Of a DNA stretch of 64,000 bases, positions 33,400-45,783 are shown piece by piece. Below the pieces are notes generated by a model that made no database searches, was not told the DNA's origin, and worked only from the letters and a program-made list of their open reading frames with translations. The DNA is taken from IMG/VR virus record IMGVR_UViG_3300028833_000078. The stretch is one strand, 5' to 3'. The stretch comes from a virus. Taxonomy: Duplodnaviria; Caudoviricetes. A program made the position numbers and the translations under genes. Positions within the stretch are counted from its first letter, which is position 1; each line of letters begins with the position of its first letter.

Positions 33400-34302
33400 A
33401 TGTTTTGAACTATAATTGGAATAATATTAATAATAATTAGCTGTATTTTAATTTGAAATTATAGTAAAAAATTAAAAAATATTATTACAAAAGATATACA
33501 AACTGAAAAAGAAAATTTTTTAATTGCAAAAGAAAATAATACTTTAAGATTGCAAAAAGAACAATTACAAAATGAATTAAATCAATTAAATACAATTCAA
33601 GATAATTTTGATAGCTTGGCTAAAAAAGCATTCTCTTCTTATTGTGAAGAATTAGATAAAGAATATCAAGAGAAAGAAGAAGACTATGATTATTTATTAG
33701 AAAAGCTTCAAAAAAGCTATGAAGAAGAACAAATTTCTTTACTTAATGATATAAAAATTTTAAAAGAAGAATTACAAAAAATCGCGGAAACCCGCGCTGC
33801 CGCAATTAAAGCCCAATTAAAAGAACAAGAAATTAAAGAACAAAAAGATTTTTATTCCTTAAAAATATCTAGTGCAGATTTAAATGATGCAAAAGTTTTA
33901 CGTAATATTGAATCTAAATTAAATAATCCTCGTGTATTGCGCATGTTAATTTGACAATCATTTTATCAAAAGCCAATGAGCCAATTATGTAATAATATTC
34001 TAGGTACTTCTACTGTAAGCGGAATTTATAAAATTACAAATCAATTAACAGATGCTTATTATATAGGTCAAGCTGTTGACATTGCGACTCGTTGGAAAAC
34101 TCATGCAAAATGCGGTTTGGGGATAGATACTCCTGCTTCAAATAAACTTTATCAAAATATGCAAGAGTATGGATTAGAAAATTTTACTTTTGAGGTCTTA
34201 GAAAAATGTCCTTCTTTAGAATTAAATGCTAAAGAAAAATTCTATATTGATTTATATCAAGCAGATAAATATAGTTTAAACAGTAAAAGTGGAAATAAAT
34301 AA
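33400..34302 (+). CDS. TM + coiled-coil + GIY-YIG nuclease domain protein (TGA=Trp)
   Basis: ATG 33400 after GGAGG; in frame with 33550-33954 and 33976-34302; SGIYKITN..YIGQA..RW..H. Confidence 0.75.
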
Positions 34303-34369
34303 AAATTTTTATTATAATAAAATATATTTAAAAGAAAGGAATCTTGAAAAAGATTATAAGGTAAGAAAA

Positions 34370-35860
34370 ATGAATAAGTTTTTAGAAGATTTAAAAGATG
34401 CAACAAATTATGTTTATACTGAAAATGGAGCGCTTGCTCATAAAACAACAAATAATGCTGTTTATGATATGTTCTCTTTAGGCGCAGCTTACAGAGTAAG
34501 ATCTAATGAAGATTGTATATTATTATTTAAAAATGCTTTTGAAGAAAATGAAACTCTTGCTTTAAAATGTTTATTTTATCTTAGAGATATTCGTGGCGGT
34601 CAAGGAGAAAGACGTTTTTTCCGCACATGCTTTAAGTGGTTATGTGATGAACATCCTGAGGCAGCAAAAAGAAATTTGATTAATATCTCTGAATATGGCA
34701 GATGGGATGACCTTATTTATGCAGCAGAAGGTACTGGTTTAAAAGACCAAGCTTTTGCAATTCTAAAAGAACAATTAGCTTTAGATTTGGCAAGTAAGAC
34801 TCCTTCTCTATTAGGAAAATGGCTACCATCTGAAAATGCTTCAAGCAAAAAGACAAAAAAAATGGCAACTGCATTTAGAGAATATTTAGATATGACACAT
34901 AAACAATATAGAAAAATTTTATCTACTTTAAGACAAAAAATTAATATTGTTGAAAGACTAATGTCTGAAAATAGATGGGATGAAATAGAATTTGATAAAA
35001 TACCTTCAAAAGCAGGATTAGTTTATAGAAATGCTTTTGCTCGTAGAGATATTTTAGCAAAAAAATATGAGGCTTTCATGAAGGATAAATCTACAAAAGT
35101 AAATGCAGCAAGTTTATTTCCTTATGAAATTGTTGAAAAAGCAATTGATGAATTTGGTCACTGTTATTATTGGAGAAATAATCGTCCAACAGATTTATCA
35201 GATCCAACTCGTTTAGCTTTAAATAAATATTGGGAAAATCTTCCTGACTATTTGAAAGGAGAAGACTGCAGCATGATGTGTGTAGTTGATACTTCTGGAT
35301 CAATGTGGGGAAGACCAATAGCAGTAGCTATTTCTTTAGGTTTATATTGTGCAGAAAGAATTGGAGAACCATTTAAAAATTATTTCATTTCTTTCTCAAG
35401 AGAAGCTAAGTTAATAAAAACTGAAGGTATTGACTTTGTTGATAAGGTTCAAAGAATTTATTACCAAAACTTATGCGAAAATACTAATTTAGATAGTGTG
35501 TTCAATTTATTAAGAACTACTGCATTAAGAGACCCTGCTGCAAGAAAATCAATGCCAAAGACTATTGTTGTTATAAGTGATATGGAAATAGATGGTGGGT
35601 CTACTTGGGGTAAAGACAATGCTGCAACTCATATGGAACGTATTAGACAAAAATGGGAACAAGATGGATTGACATTACCACACCTTGTTTATTGGAATGT
35701 AGAATCAAGAAATGAAAATAAGTTCCTTGATTCAGGAGATGATGTTACTTTTGTAAGTGGATGCTCTCCAGTCATTTTCCAAAGTGTGTTAACTGGTAAA
35801 ACAGGATACCAACTTTGTTTAGAAGTTCTAAATGGAGAAAGATATAATGCTGTAAAGTAG
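34370..35860 (+). CDS. DUF2828-like (TROVE-related) protein with vWA domain
   Basis: TENGA, RDIRGGQGER, EYGRWDDL, KWLP, VDTSGSM, ISDMEID, YWN. Confidence 0.75.
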   Translation: MNKFLEDLKDATNYVYTENGALAHKTTNNAVYDMFSLGAAYRVRSNEDCILLFKNAFEENETLALKCLFYLRDIRGGQGERRFFRTCFKWLCDEHPEAAKRNLINISEYGRWDDLIYAAEGTGLKDQAFAILKEQLALDLASKTPSLLGKWLPSENASSKKTKKMATAFREYLDMTHKQYRKILSTLRQKINIVERLMSENRWDEIEFDKIPSKAGLVYRNAFARRDILAKKYEAFMKDKSTKVNAASLFPYEIVEKAIDEFGHCYYWRNNRPTDLSDPTRLALNKYWENLPDYLKGEDCSMMCVVDTSGSMWGRPIAVAISLGLYCAERIGEPFKNYFISFSREAKLIKTEGIDFVDKVQRIYYQNLCENTNLDSVFNLLRTTALRDPAARKSMPKTIVVISDMEIDGGSTWGKDNAATHMERIRQKWEQDGLTLPHLVYWNVESRNENKFLDSGDDVTFVSGCSPVIFQSVLTGKTGYQLCLEVLNGERYNAVK

Positions 35861-35879
35861 GGAGTAATTCCCTACTTTT

Positions 35880-35908
35880 TTGACTTTTAGAAAAAATTTT
35901 TATATAAT
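35880..35908 (+). promoter_or_regulatory. sigmaA-type promoter
   Basis: TTGACT-N17-TATAAT downstream of the AGTAGGGA/TCCCTACT terminator hairpin. Confidence 0.7.
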
Positions 35909-35964
35909 TATTATATATATAAATATGTTTGAGTATATAAATAAAAAAAGAAGGAGAAAAAGAA

Positions 35965-36921
35965 ATGAAGAAATCAATGATTAATCAAGTACATTTAGAA
36001 GGTAGAATATTTTCACATGATTTACAAATTAAGACAGTTCAAAATGCAGATTCAACAAATTTCGGCAAAGAATTTATTGCAGGTAATGTTGAAATTGCTG
36101 TAGATGAAGAAGGAATGAATGTTATTCCAGTACATTTCACATATGTAACAGAGACAACAAAATCTGGAGCAAAAAGTCCTACTTATACTGCATTAAAGAA
36201 AATAATTGATGAGAATAGAACTTGGTCAAGCCAAGGAAAAGATAAAGCACAAAAGATTCAAGTTAATTCTGCTTTAGCGCTTAATGATTTTTATAATGCA
36301 AATGATGAATTAGTTTCTGCAAAAGTTAATGAAGGTGGTTTTGTAACTTTATTGCTAGATACAGCAGAATTAAGACCAGAAAAAGAAAGAAATACATTCA
36401 ATACAGATATAGTTATAACATCTGTTAAAAGAGTAGAAAAAGATGAAGAAAAAAATATTCCTGAAGATTATGATATAGTTAGAGGAGCAATTTTTAATTT
36501 TAGAAATGAAATTTTACCTCTAGAATATACAATTAAATTAGCAACAGGAATGAAATATTTTGAAGATAAGGCTCCATCTGCATCAGCACCATTATTCACA
36601 AGAGTATGGGGTAATATTAATAGTAAAACTAAGACCGTTACTCAAACTCAAGAAAGTGCATTTGGTGAAGCTGCAGTAACAACTTATACAAGAAAAGAAA
36701 AAGAATGGTTAATTACTGGTGCTTTAAATGAAGCTTATGATTTTGGAGATGAAGCAGTTTTAACAGCAGATGAATTAAAGAAAGCTATGCAAGATAGAGA
36801 AATTCATTTAGCCGACATTAAAAAGAGAGCTGATGAATATAAAGCTCAAAAAGCTTCTGCTACACCAGGACCAATCGTAAATGGAGGAGCAGCAACTCAA
36901 AGCGGAACTTTTAATTTCTAA
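35965..36921 (+). CDS. Putative ssDNA-binding protein
   Basis: INQVHLEGRI start; lies before Sak4-like ATPase. Confidence 0.6.
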   Translation: MKKSMINQVHLEGRIFSHDLQIKTVQNADSTNFGKEFIAGNVEIAVDEEGMNVIPVHFTYVTETTKSGAKSPTYTALKKIIDENRTWSSQGKDKAQKIQVNSALALNDFYNANDELVSAKVNEGGFVTLLLDTAELRPEKERNTFNTDIVITSVKRVEKDEEKNIPEDYDIVRGAIFNFRNEILPLEYTIKLATGMKYFEDKAPSASAPLFTRVWGNINSKTKTVTQTQESAFGEAAVTTYTRKEKEWLITGALNEAYDFGDEAVLTADELKKAMQDREIHLADIKKRADEYKAQKASATPGPIVNGGAATQSGTFNF

Positions 36922-36938
36922 TATAAGGAGGAGTAAAG

Positions 36939-37970
36939 ATGGCAATTGATTTGTTAAATCTTACTCCCCATCAGGTTAGTCGTGACTTGCGCGGATATAG
37001 TGTGTTTTTTTATGGCGACCCAAAGACTGGCAAGACCACCATCGCAAGTCACTTCCCTGAATCATTATTACTTGCCTTTGAAAAAGGTTATAATGCTATT
37101 CCAGGGATTATGGCTCAACCTATTAATAAGTGGAGTGAGTTCAAACAGACTTTAAAGCAATTAAAAGATGAAAAGGTAAAAGAAAAATTTAGTACAATAA
37201 TTATAGACACAACAGATATTGCATATGATTATTGTATAAAATATATATGTGATAATGCTAAGCGCTCAGACGGCGGTTGGGGCGTAGATGCAATTAGTGA
37301 TATTCCTTTTGGTAAAGGTTATGGACTAGTAGCGCAAGAATTTGATGAATGCTTAAGAAGTATAGTTCAAATGGACTATGGTTTAGTTCTTATTTCTCAT
37401 GCTACTGATAAAACATTTACAGATGAAAAAGGAATAGAATATAATAAAATTGTTCCTACTCTTGATAAGAGAGCAACAAATATTGTTTCTAGAATGACAG
37501 ATATAATTGGTTATTCAAGAGTAGTTAAAACTGATGATGGCAAACAAGTAACTAAATTATTTTTAAGAGGAACAGATAGATTTATGGCAGGTTCAAGATT
37601 TAAATATACTCCTGACTATATAGACTTTAGTTATGATAATTTAGTTAATGCTATTGCTGAAGCAATAGATAAACAAAGTAAAGAAGAAGGAGATAAATTC
37701 TTTACTTCAGAAAGAAGTAATTTATATATTCCTGCAGAAAAAGAATTAAATTTCGATGAATTAATGAAAGAATTTAATGATATAGTAAATGGATTAATTG
37801 AAAAATATGAGGCAGATGGTAAATTTCAAGAATATTATCAACCTAGAATTATTCAAATTACTGAAAAATATTTAGGTAGAGGTCAAAAAGTAAGTCAATG
37901 TTCAAGAGAACAAGTTGAAGCACTTTCACTCATAGTAGATGATCTACAAGAATTAGTCAAGGGAAAATAA
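36939..37970 (+). CDS. AAA_24 / Sak4-like ATPase
   Basis: YGDPKTGKTT, IIIDT, LISH. Confidence 0.8.
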   Translation: MAIDLLNLTPHQVSRDLRGYSVFFYGDPKTGKTTIASHFPESLLLAFEKGYNAIPGIMAQPINKWSEFKQTLKQLKDEKVKEKFSTIIIDTTDIAYDYCIKYICDNAKRSDGGWGVDAISDIPFGKGYGLVAQEFDECLRSIVQMDYGLVLISHATDKTFTDEKGIEYNKIVPTLDKRATNIVSRMTDIIGYSRVVKTDDGKQVTKLFLRGTDRFMAGSRFKYTPDYIDFSYDNLVNAIAEAIDKQSKEEGDKFFTSERSNLYIPAEKELNFDELMKEFNDIVNGLIEKYEADGKFQEYYQPRIIQITEKYLGRGQKVSQCSREQVEALSLIVDDLQELVKGK

Positions 37971-38060
37971 TTCCGATGGGAGGGCAAGATAATGCTCTCC
38001 CATTGATTTTTTAATAAATTTATGATATAATTAAAAGAGAAATAAAAAGGAGTTGGTAAT

Positions 38061-38576
38061 ATGCATAAAGTTACGTGTATCTATTGTAAACAAATATTTG
38101 ACAGAGATAAAGAACCTGCTGTATTAGTGTCTACAAGAAGATATGCTCATGCTCTTTGTGCGGAAAAGGCAAATAAAGAACAAACACAAGCGGAAAAAGA
38201 TTATGACCAATTAATTTTATATATAAGAAAAATTTTAAAAGAAAGTTATGTTGACGCAAAAGTTAAAAAACAAATTATGGATTTTAAGAAACAATATAAT
38301 TATACTTTTAGTGGAATGTTAAAAACTTTAGAATGGTGATATGAAATTAAAAAAAATCCAATAGATAAAGCCAACGGAGGAATAGGTATTATTCCATTCG
38401 TATATCAAGAAGCTTATAATTATTATAAAGCAATTTATGATGCTCAACAAAATGCGGCCGCCGGTCTTCGCAACTATCAACCGAGAATTGAGGAAATAGA
38501 AATCCCGCCTCCAGTTGCTACTTACCGCCTTCCGCAATTGTTTGATATAGAGGAGGAGGTTGAAAATGATAACTAA
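38061..38576 (+). CDS. Hypothetical replication protein (TGA=Trp)
   Basis: CIYC..H..C; read-through gives GGIGIIPFVY; precedes helicase. Confidence 0.65.
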
Positions 38577-40104
38577 GTATGTAGATACCGCATCTATTAT
38601 TCAGGTGCTTGGTAATATCTATAACTCTCCAAATTTATTAGATAATGAAAAATATAAATTTAATGAAGAAGATTTCCCAAATAATTTTCATAAAATATTA
38701 TTTGGTTCAATATATAATTTACACATATTAGGAGCAAAAGAAATAACCGCTAATACAATAGAAGATTATTTAGCTAATAGACCTAATAGTTTAAGTGAAT
38801 ATAAAGTAAATAAAGGTAGAGAATATCTAGAACAAATATCTCAAGCGGTTCAACTTTCTACTTTTGATTTTTATTATAATAAAATGAAAAAGATGACTCT
38901 TTTACGTCAATATGATAAAGCAGGAATGGATTTATCTTGGTTATATGATGTGGATAATATCCTTGATGCAAAAAAGAAACAAGCTCAAGAAGAATGGTTA
39001 GATAATACTTCGTTAGAAGATATAGCAGATACTATTGATAAAAGAATAACAGATATTAAATTAAAATATGTAGATGGCACAGATGCTGAATATGTTCAAG
39101 CAGGGGATCAAATTCTTGAATTAGTAGAAAGGTTAAAGCAAACTCCTGATGTAGGATATCCCCTATTTGGTCCATTTATCAACACTGTAACTCGTGGGGC
39201 AAGATTAAAGAAATTATATCTTCGTTCTGCGGCAACTGGTGTAGGTAAGACAAGAGCAATGATAGCTGACTCATGTAATATAGCTTGTGGTCAAATATAC
39301 GATTCAAAAGAAGGCAAATGGGTAGATAATGGAACTAAAGAACCAACATTATATATTACAACTGAGCAAGAGATAGAAGAAATTCAAACTATGATGCTAG
39401 CATTTTTAGCGGATGTAGATGAAGGACATATTATATATAATAAATATGAAGAAGGAGAATTTGACAGAGTTGTTTATGCAGCTGAGGTAATAAAAAAATC
39501 TCCTATCCATATTAAACGTTTACCAGATTTTAGTTTAATAGATATTGAAAATACAATAAAATATTCCATTTATGAATATGGAGTTAAATATGTTTTTTTT
39601 GATTATCTTCATACTTCAATGAAAATTTTAAGCGAAGTTACAAATAAAACAGGAATAAAAGGATTAAGAGAAGATAATGTTTTATTTATGATGGCAATAA
39701 GATTAAAAGATTTATGTAATGAGTATGGAGTATTTATAATGACAAGTACGCAATTAAATGCGGATTACCGTGAGGCGGATGTCTATGACCAAAATTTATT
39801 ACGTGGAGCAAAATCTATTGCAGATAAGATTGACTTTGGGGCAATTATGTTGCAGACAAGTTCTGAAGATAAACAATCTTTAAAACCAATATTAGCTCAA
39901 AAAGGATTGCCAGAACCAGATATTAAAATGTCAATCTATAAAAATAGACGTGGACAGTATAAAGATATTTTGTTATGGTGCGAAGCCCGCAGAGGCACTT
40001 GCCGTATCATTCCTATGTTTGCAACAGATTATAATTATCAATTAATTGATTTGCCAGATTTAAAAATAACAATAAATCCAAAATTAAATGCTTCAGCATT
40101 TTAG
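38566..40104 (+). CDS. DnaB-like replicative helicase
   Basis: SAATGVGKT, FDY, STQLN, KNRRG. Confidence 0.88.
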   Translation: MITKYVDTASIIQVLGNIYNSPNLLDNEKYKFNEEDFPNNFHKILFGSIYNLHILGAKEITANTIEDYLANRPNSLSEYKVNKGREYLEQISQAVQLSTFDFYYNKMKKMTLLRQYDKAGMDLSWLYDVDNILDAKKKQAQEEWLDNTSLEDIADTIDKRITDIKLKYVDGTDAEYVQAGDQILELVERLKQTPDVGYPLFGPFINTVTRGARLKKLYLRSAATGVGKTRAMIADSCNIACGQIYDSKEGKWVDNGTKEPTLYITTEQEIEEIQTMMLAFLADVDEGHIIYNKYEEGEFDRVVYAAEVIKKSPIHIKRLPDFSLIDIENTIKYSIYEYGVKYVFFDYLHTSMKILSEVTNKTGIKGLREDNVLFMMAIRLKDLCNEYGVFIMTSTQLNADYREADVYDQNLLRGAKSIADKIDFGAIMLQTSSEDKQSLKPILAQKGLPEPDIKMSIYKNRRGQYKDILLWCEARRGTCRIIPMFATDYNYQLIDLPDLKITINPKLNASAF

Positions 40105-40116
40105 AAAGGAGTTTAA

Positions 40117-41205
40117 ATGGATGAGTTAGAAGAAATAAAACAACAACTAACAATAGATGATGTATATAATTTTCTTCAAGCTTTTGATGGTTCTCCAAAG
40201 ATGCAAGATAATGTTATTGTATCTAGAACTATTTGTCATGGCGGTCATAGTCATAAATTATATTATTATGGTAATACTCATCTATTTAAATGCTTTACAG
40301 ATTGTCCTGAACCTAGCTTTGATATTTTTCAGCTAGCTATGAAAATCATGGGGAATGATTTAAAAAGTCTCCCTCAGGCAATTAATTATATAAAAGGATT
40401 TTTTGGCTTAGTAACTTCAACAAAAAATTTTAATGAAAATGAATCTTCCCTTGAAGATTGAAAAATTTTAAATAATTATCTTAATAAAAATAATGAAAAT
40501 GCTAATAAAAGAACAATAGAAATGAAATTTTATTCTAAAGAATTTTTAAATAATTTCCCCCAACCGCGCATATTAAGCTGGGAAAAAGAAGGTATTGGAA
40601 AAGATGTAATCAAATCTCATAATATTAGATATGACCCAGTTAATGATGCAATTATTATTCCACATTATGATATAGATGGAAATTTGATTGGAATAAGAGA
40701 AAGAACTTTAATAAAAGAAAATGAAGATGGCGGAAAATATAGACCTATGTATCTAGGCAGACAATTATATAATCATCCTCTTGGATTTGCATTATATAAT
40801 TTAAATTGGTCAAAAGATAATATAAAGAAATTAAAAAAGGTAATTATTTTTGAGTCAGAAAAAAGTTGCTTAAAATATTCAACTTTTTTTGGAGAAGAAA
40901 ATGATATATCTGTTGCTTGTTGCGGTAGTAATTTAGGCAATTATCAATTTGAACTTTTAAAAAATTTAGGAGTAGAAGAAATGGTCATTGCTTTTGATAG
41001 ACAATATCAAGAGATAGGTGATGATGAATATAAGAAATGAACAAGAAAATTATTAGAAATATCTAAGAAATTTTCTAATTATTGTAAAATAAGTTTTATT
41101 TTTGATACAGATAAAATGTTAGGTTATAAAGATGCGCCTATTGATTTAGACAAGAATACATTTTTATACTTATATAAACATAGACTTAATGAGAAAGGAA
41201 ATTAA
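40117..41205 (+). CDS. DNA primase (TGA=Trp)
   Basis: CHGG..CFTDC Zn finger, IPHYD, ESEKS, AFD TOPRIM; track ORFs in frame. Confidence 0.8.
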
Positions 41206-41206
41206 T

Positions 41207-42959
41207 ATGAAATATAAATTAATTAAACCTATGAATCCGAACTATAATGCAATAGAGCAAATACTTGTAAATAGGCGGAATTCCTTATAAAGATATCCAA
41301 CATTATTTAAATACAACAGATAAAGATATAAATGATTTTAAATTATTTGGAGAGGATAATTTAAAGAAGGCGGCAACCGCATTAATTACCGCGATAAAAG
41401 AAAATCAAAAAACATGAGTTGTAGTTGACTGCGATTGTGATGGTTATACCTCTTCCGCACTATTAATAAATTATCTATATGAATGATTCCCAGCTTTTGT
41501 GGAAAATCATGTTAAATATTTTTTACACGAAGGCAAAACACATGGTTTAGCAGATGTTATGGAGCATATAGATGAAGATACTAAGTTAGTTATCCTTCCA
41601 GATAGTTCGAGTAATGATTATGAATACCATAAAGAATTAAAAAGCCGTGGTATTAATGTTATTGTTCTTGACCACCACGAAGCTGACCATATTAGTGAAG
41701 ATGCTATCATAATTAATAATCAGTTATCAGATTATCCAAATAAACAAATGTCTGGTGTTGGAGTCGTTTGGCAATTTTGCAGATATTTAGATAGTCTATT
41801 GGGAGATAATAAAGCAAATCAATTTTTAGATTTAGTAGCTCTTGGTATGACTGGAGATATGATGGACTTGCGCTCAATAGAAACAAAGCATTTAATAAAT
41901 AAAGGATTTGAAGAAATTCATATTAAAAATCCATTTATATACTTTATGGCACAAAAAAATAGTTTTTCTTTGGGTAATAAAATTACTCCAACTGGCGCAG
42001 CATTTTATATTGTTCCTTATGTAAATTCTATGGTTAGAAGCGGAACTCTAGATGAGATGAGATTATTATTTGACTCAATGCTTAAATATAAAGCATTTAA
42101 TATTGTTCCCTCTACTAAACGCGGTCATGCAATAGGAGAAATGGAACAGGTTGTAGACCAAGCCGTTCGCACCGCATCAAATGTAAAAAATAGACAAACA
42201 AGAGCTCAAGAAAAAGGAATTGAAGCTCTTGAAAATCAAATAAAAGAAAATAATTTATTAGACCATAAAGTATTATTATTCTTATTAAACAGTGGAGAAA
42301 TTGATAGTAATATAAATGGTTTAATTGCAAATAAATTTATGGCAAAATATCAGCGCCCTGTTTGTGTTTTAACAAAAGTAGGAGATGTTTATCGCGGTTC
42401 CGCAAGAGGCTATGATAAATCAGGAATTGAAAGTTTTAGACAAGCTTGTTTAGATACTGGGCTAGTTAATTTTGCGGAAGGCCATGCTAACGCATTTGGT
42501 CTTGAAATTAATGCGGAAAACCTTGAGGCGTTTGTTGCTGCGATGGACAAGGCCTTTGCCAACATTGACCCAGAACCGCTTTACCGCGTTGATTACATAT
42601 ATAAAGGCGTTGATGTTAGTAGAGAAAATATTCTTGATGTTGCTTCTTTAAATGACTTATGGGGACAAGGTATTGAAGAATGCTTAATTTGCATTGAAGG
42701 TTTAAATGTTTCATCTGAAATGATTAATTTAATGGGACTTGAAAAAGGTAAGCCAACATTAAAAATAACTTTACCAAATAAAGTAGCTCTAATTAAATTT
42801 GGTAGCTCAGAAGAAGAATACCATAACCTTCAATCCAAAGGCTATATGACTTTAAATATTGTAGGAAAATGTCAGGCCAATGAATGGAATGGATGAGTTA
42901 CTCCTCAGGTACTTATAGAAGATTATGAGGTTACAGGAGGAAGTAAATATAATTTTTAA
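41207..42959 (+). CDS. recJ: RecJ-like DHH ssDNA exonuclease (CGGA site at 41276; TGA=Trp)
   Basis: LVNR-G(CGGA)-I, DCDCDG, DHH, GSAR, GHANAFG. Confidence 0.88.
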
Positions 42960-42986
42960 GTCGCTAACGCGACTTATTTTTCTTCA

Positions 42987-43015
42987 TTGACAGTTTAATA
43001 AAATTATAATATAAT
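42987..43015 (+). promoter_or_regulatory. sigmaA-type promoter
   Basis: TTGACA-N17-TATAAT. Confidence 0.75.
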
Positions 43016-43034
43016 ATAATAAGGTGATAAAAAA

Positions 43035-44238
43035 ATGATATTAAATGAAAAACAACAAAAAGGACTTGATCTTGCTGTTGCTCGTTTTAGAGATGGACAA
43101 AAATATACAGTAATTGCTGGTTATGCAGGAACGCGGAAAAAGTACGTTAGTTAAATTTATAATTTCTGCTCTTGAACAACAATACAATATAGACCCAGAG
43201 AAAGATGTTGTCTATACATCTTTTACAGGTAAGGCTACTCAAGTGTTGCAAAAGAAAGGAAATAAAAATGTTAGCACTTTGCATAAATTACTTTTTGAAA
43301 GTATTCCAAATCCAGATGGAACATTTTTTAGAAGACCAGTAACCTCTATTGATTATAAAATTGTTGTTGTAGATGAATGCTCAATGGTTCCAAAAGAATT
43401 ATTAGAAGCTTTATTTAAACATAATTGTTATATTTTATGTCTAGGTGATCCTGGCCAACTACCGCCAATAAATAAAGATGATGATAATATGCTTCTTCAA
43501 AATCCCGATATTTTCTTAGATGAAATTATGAGACAAGATGAAGATAGCGAAATTATAGATTTAACAATGAAGATTCGTAATGGAGAACCATTACAACGTT
43601 ATGAAGGAAAAGAAATTCAAATTTTAAATAAAAATGAATTGACAACAGGAATGCTCTTGTGGGCAGATCAAATTATATGTGCAACAAATTCAATGAGAAC
43701 TTCATTAAATAATCAAATGCGTGAATTGACTGGCCATGAAGGTGAGCCACAAGATGGAGATAAAATCATTTGTTTAAAAAATAATTGAGAGATTTTTTCA
43801 GATGATTATAATCCTTTAGTAAATGGAACAATAGGATATTTAAAAAATCCTTTTTCAACAAATCTTCATTTGCCACCTTTTATTACTTCTACCCATAAAG
43901 CAGAGACAATTCCAGTTACAATGGGCGAGTTTGTTTCTGATACAGAAGAAAACTATGGAAATTTAGTAATGGATAAAAAATTAATTGTTGAAGGTGAGGC
44001 TGGTCTAGATTGACGCACATCTTATAATATGAGTAGACATTATAAATTTCGTAGCGCAATTCCGCAACAATTTACATACGGATATGCAATCACTTGCCAT
44101 AAGAGTCAAGGCAGCGAATGGGACAAAGTTTTGGTAATTGAAGAAGGTTTTCCTTTTGACAAGGAAGAACATAGACGTTGGTTATATACTGCGGCAACCC
44201 GTGCTGCTAAAAAATTAGTAATTATTAAAAAGGAGTAA
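43035..44238 (+). CDS. RecD/Dda-like SF1 helicase (CGGA in Walker A at 43134; TGA=Trp)
   Basis: GYAGT-G(CGGA)-KST, DECSM, GDPGQLPP, TCHKSQGSEW, LYTAATRA. Confidence 0.9.
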
Positions 44239-44590
44239 TTATGATAGATTATGGCTGTTTAAGTTTAGAAGATAGAATTTACAATATGTTGATAGATGAA
44301 AATGAATTATTAAAAGAACAATTAAAAAACAAGGATGAACAAATTAAATTTTTAACACAATTAATTGAAAATATATGGAGAGAAAAACATGATTAGTTAT
44401 GAAGATAGAATTCGTAATATACTTATTTTTATAAAATTAATTTGCATTCAAGCCAATGGATATGATTTAAAAAGAATTATTAATAATTTATGTTATGGAG
44501 AATATAAATTGCAAGATGCTTTAGTAGATTGACTTAAATCAGGAAATAAATTTTTTTATCCTTGAGAAGAAATATATAAGGAGTTTTTTG

Positions 44591-45067
44591 ATGAAGATTA
44601 GATTGAGTTATTTTTATCAAATAAGAAATTTTAAAGTAAATATGATACCTGTCTCGACTGCGTTATGAGACCCAAAGTGATTCCATGATAACCAAGGACC
44701 ATATTATATCTTCCAAGATAAACGTGGTATTCTTAATGGTCTTCGTTTAGAAGCTATTATATCAAAAGCAAGACAATGCGAATGTAGTTGTCCTTGTGAA
44801 GATAAAGATAGTTCTACTTGTAAATTTCTTCAATCTTATAGAGAGCAATTAAAAAAAGTAGACTTTAATAAAATGATTAATGATATGGAGGATTTTGCAA
44901 TAGAATATCAAAAAAGCGAAGGCTTTGAAGAAGAACCTATTATGGTATTGATAGTTTATGAAGTACCAAAAAATTTATGCAGCGAAAGACAGGCTTTAAT
45001 AGATTATTTTAATGAAAATGGAATAGAATGTAAAGAATTAAAATATCCAATAAAGGAGAATTATTAA
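44591..45067 (+). CDS. Hypothetical protein (TGA=Trp)
   Basis: MKIRLSYFY..STAL[W]DPK[W]F..YE..CSER, in frame with 44873-45067. Confidence 0.6.
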
Positions 45068-45720
45068 TGAAGAGTTATACTAAAAAAGGCTTATACAATA
45101 GCTATGATAAAAAACATAAAGAACGTGATTCATTAGATTATTATTCTACCCCTAGCGCGGAAGTAACGAATATCTTAAATGAATTAAATTTAGATTTTAA
45201 CAATATGACTATTCTTGAACCATGCTGTGGCGGAGGCCATATGTATAAAGGCATTCAAGATTATATTAATCAACATCCAGATAATTATCCCGACGCAATC
45301 ATTGCCACAGATGTTATGGAACGAGATGCGGGAATCGCCTTTCCGCATGAAACAGGAGAACAATATGATTTCTTAAGTGATAATTATCAACTTCCTGTTG
45401 ATACGCATATAGATTATATTATTATGAATCCTCCTTATTCTACTATTGAGCCATTTACAATCAGAGCGCTTGAAATTGCGGAACGAGGAGTCCTTTTATT
45501 AGGGAGACTACAGTTTCTTGAAGGAAAAGGAAGATATGAAAATATTTTAAAAGATAATCCTCCTACTGATGTTTATGTTTATGTTGATAGAATTAAATGT
45601 TATAAAAATGGAAATACTCAAGATTCTGAACCATCTGCTCAAGCTTACGCTTGGTTTTATTGGGATTTAAAAGCGGAAACCGCGCATCCTCCTTACATAC
45701 ACTGGATCAAGCGCGCATAG
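45067..45720 (+). CDS. Amino-DNA methyltransferase
   Basis: DYYSTP, LEPCCGGG, NPPY. Confidence 0.85.
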   Translation: MKSYTKKGLYNSYDKKHKERDSLDYYSTPSAEVTNILNELNLDFNNMTILEPCCGGGHMYKGIQDYINQHPDNYPDAIIATDVMERDAGIAFPHETGEQYDFLSDNYQLPVDTHIDYIIMNPPYSTIEPFTIRALEIAERGVLLLGRLQFLEGKGRYENILKDNPPTDVYVYVDRIKCYKNGNTQDSEPSAQAYAWFYWDLKAETAHPPYIHWIKRA

Positions 45721-45783
45721 GCGAATTGATTTTTATAAAAATTTATGATATAATTTATATAGAATAATAAAAGGAGGGGTTAA

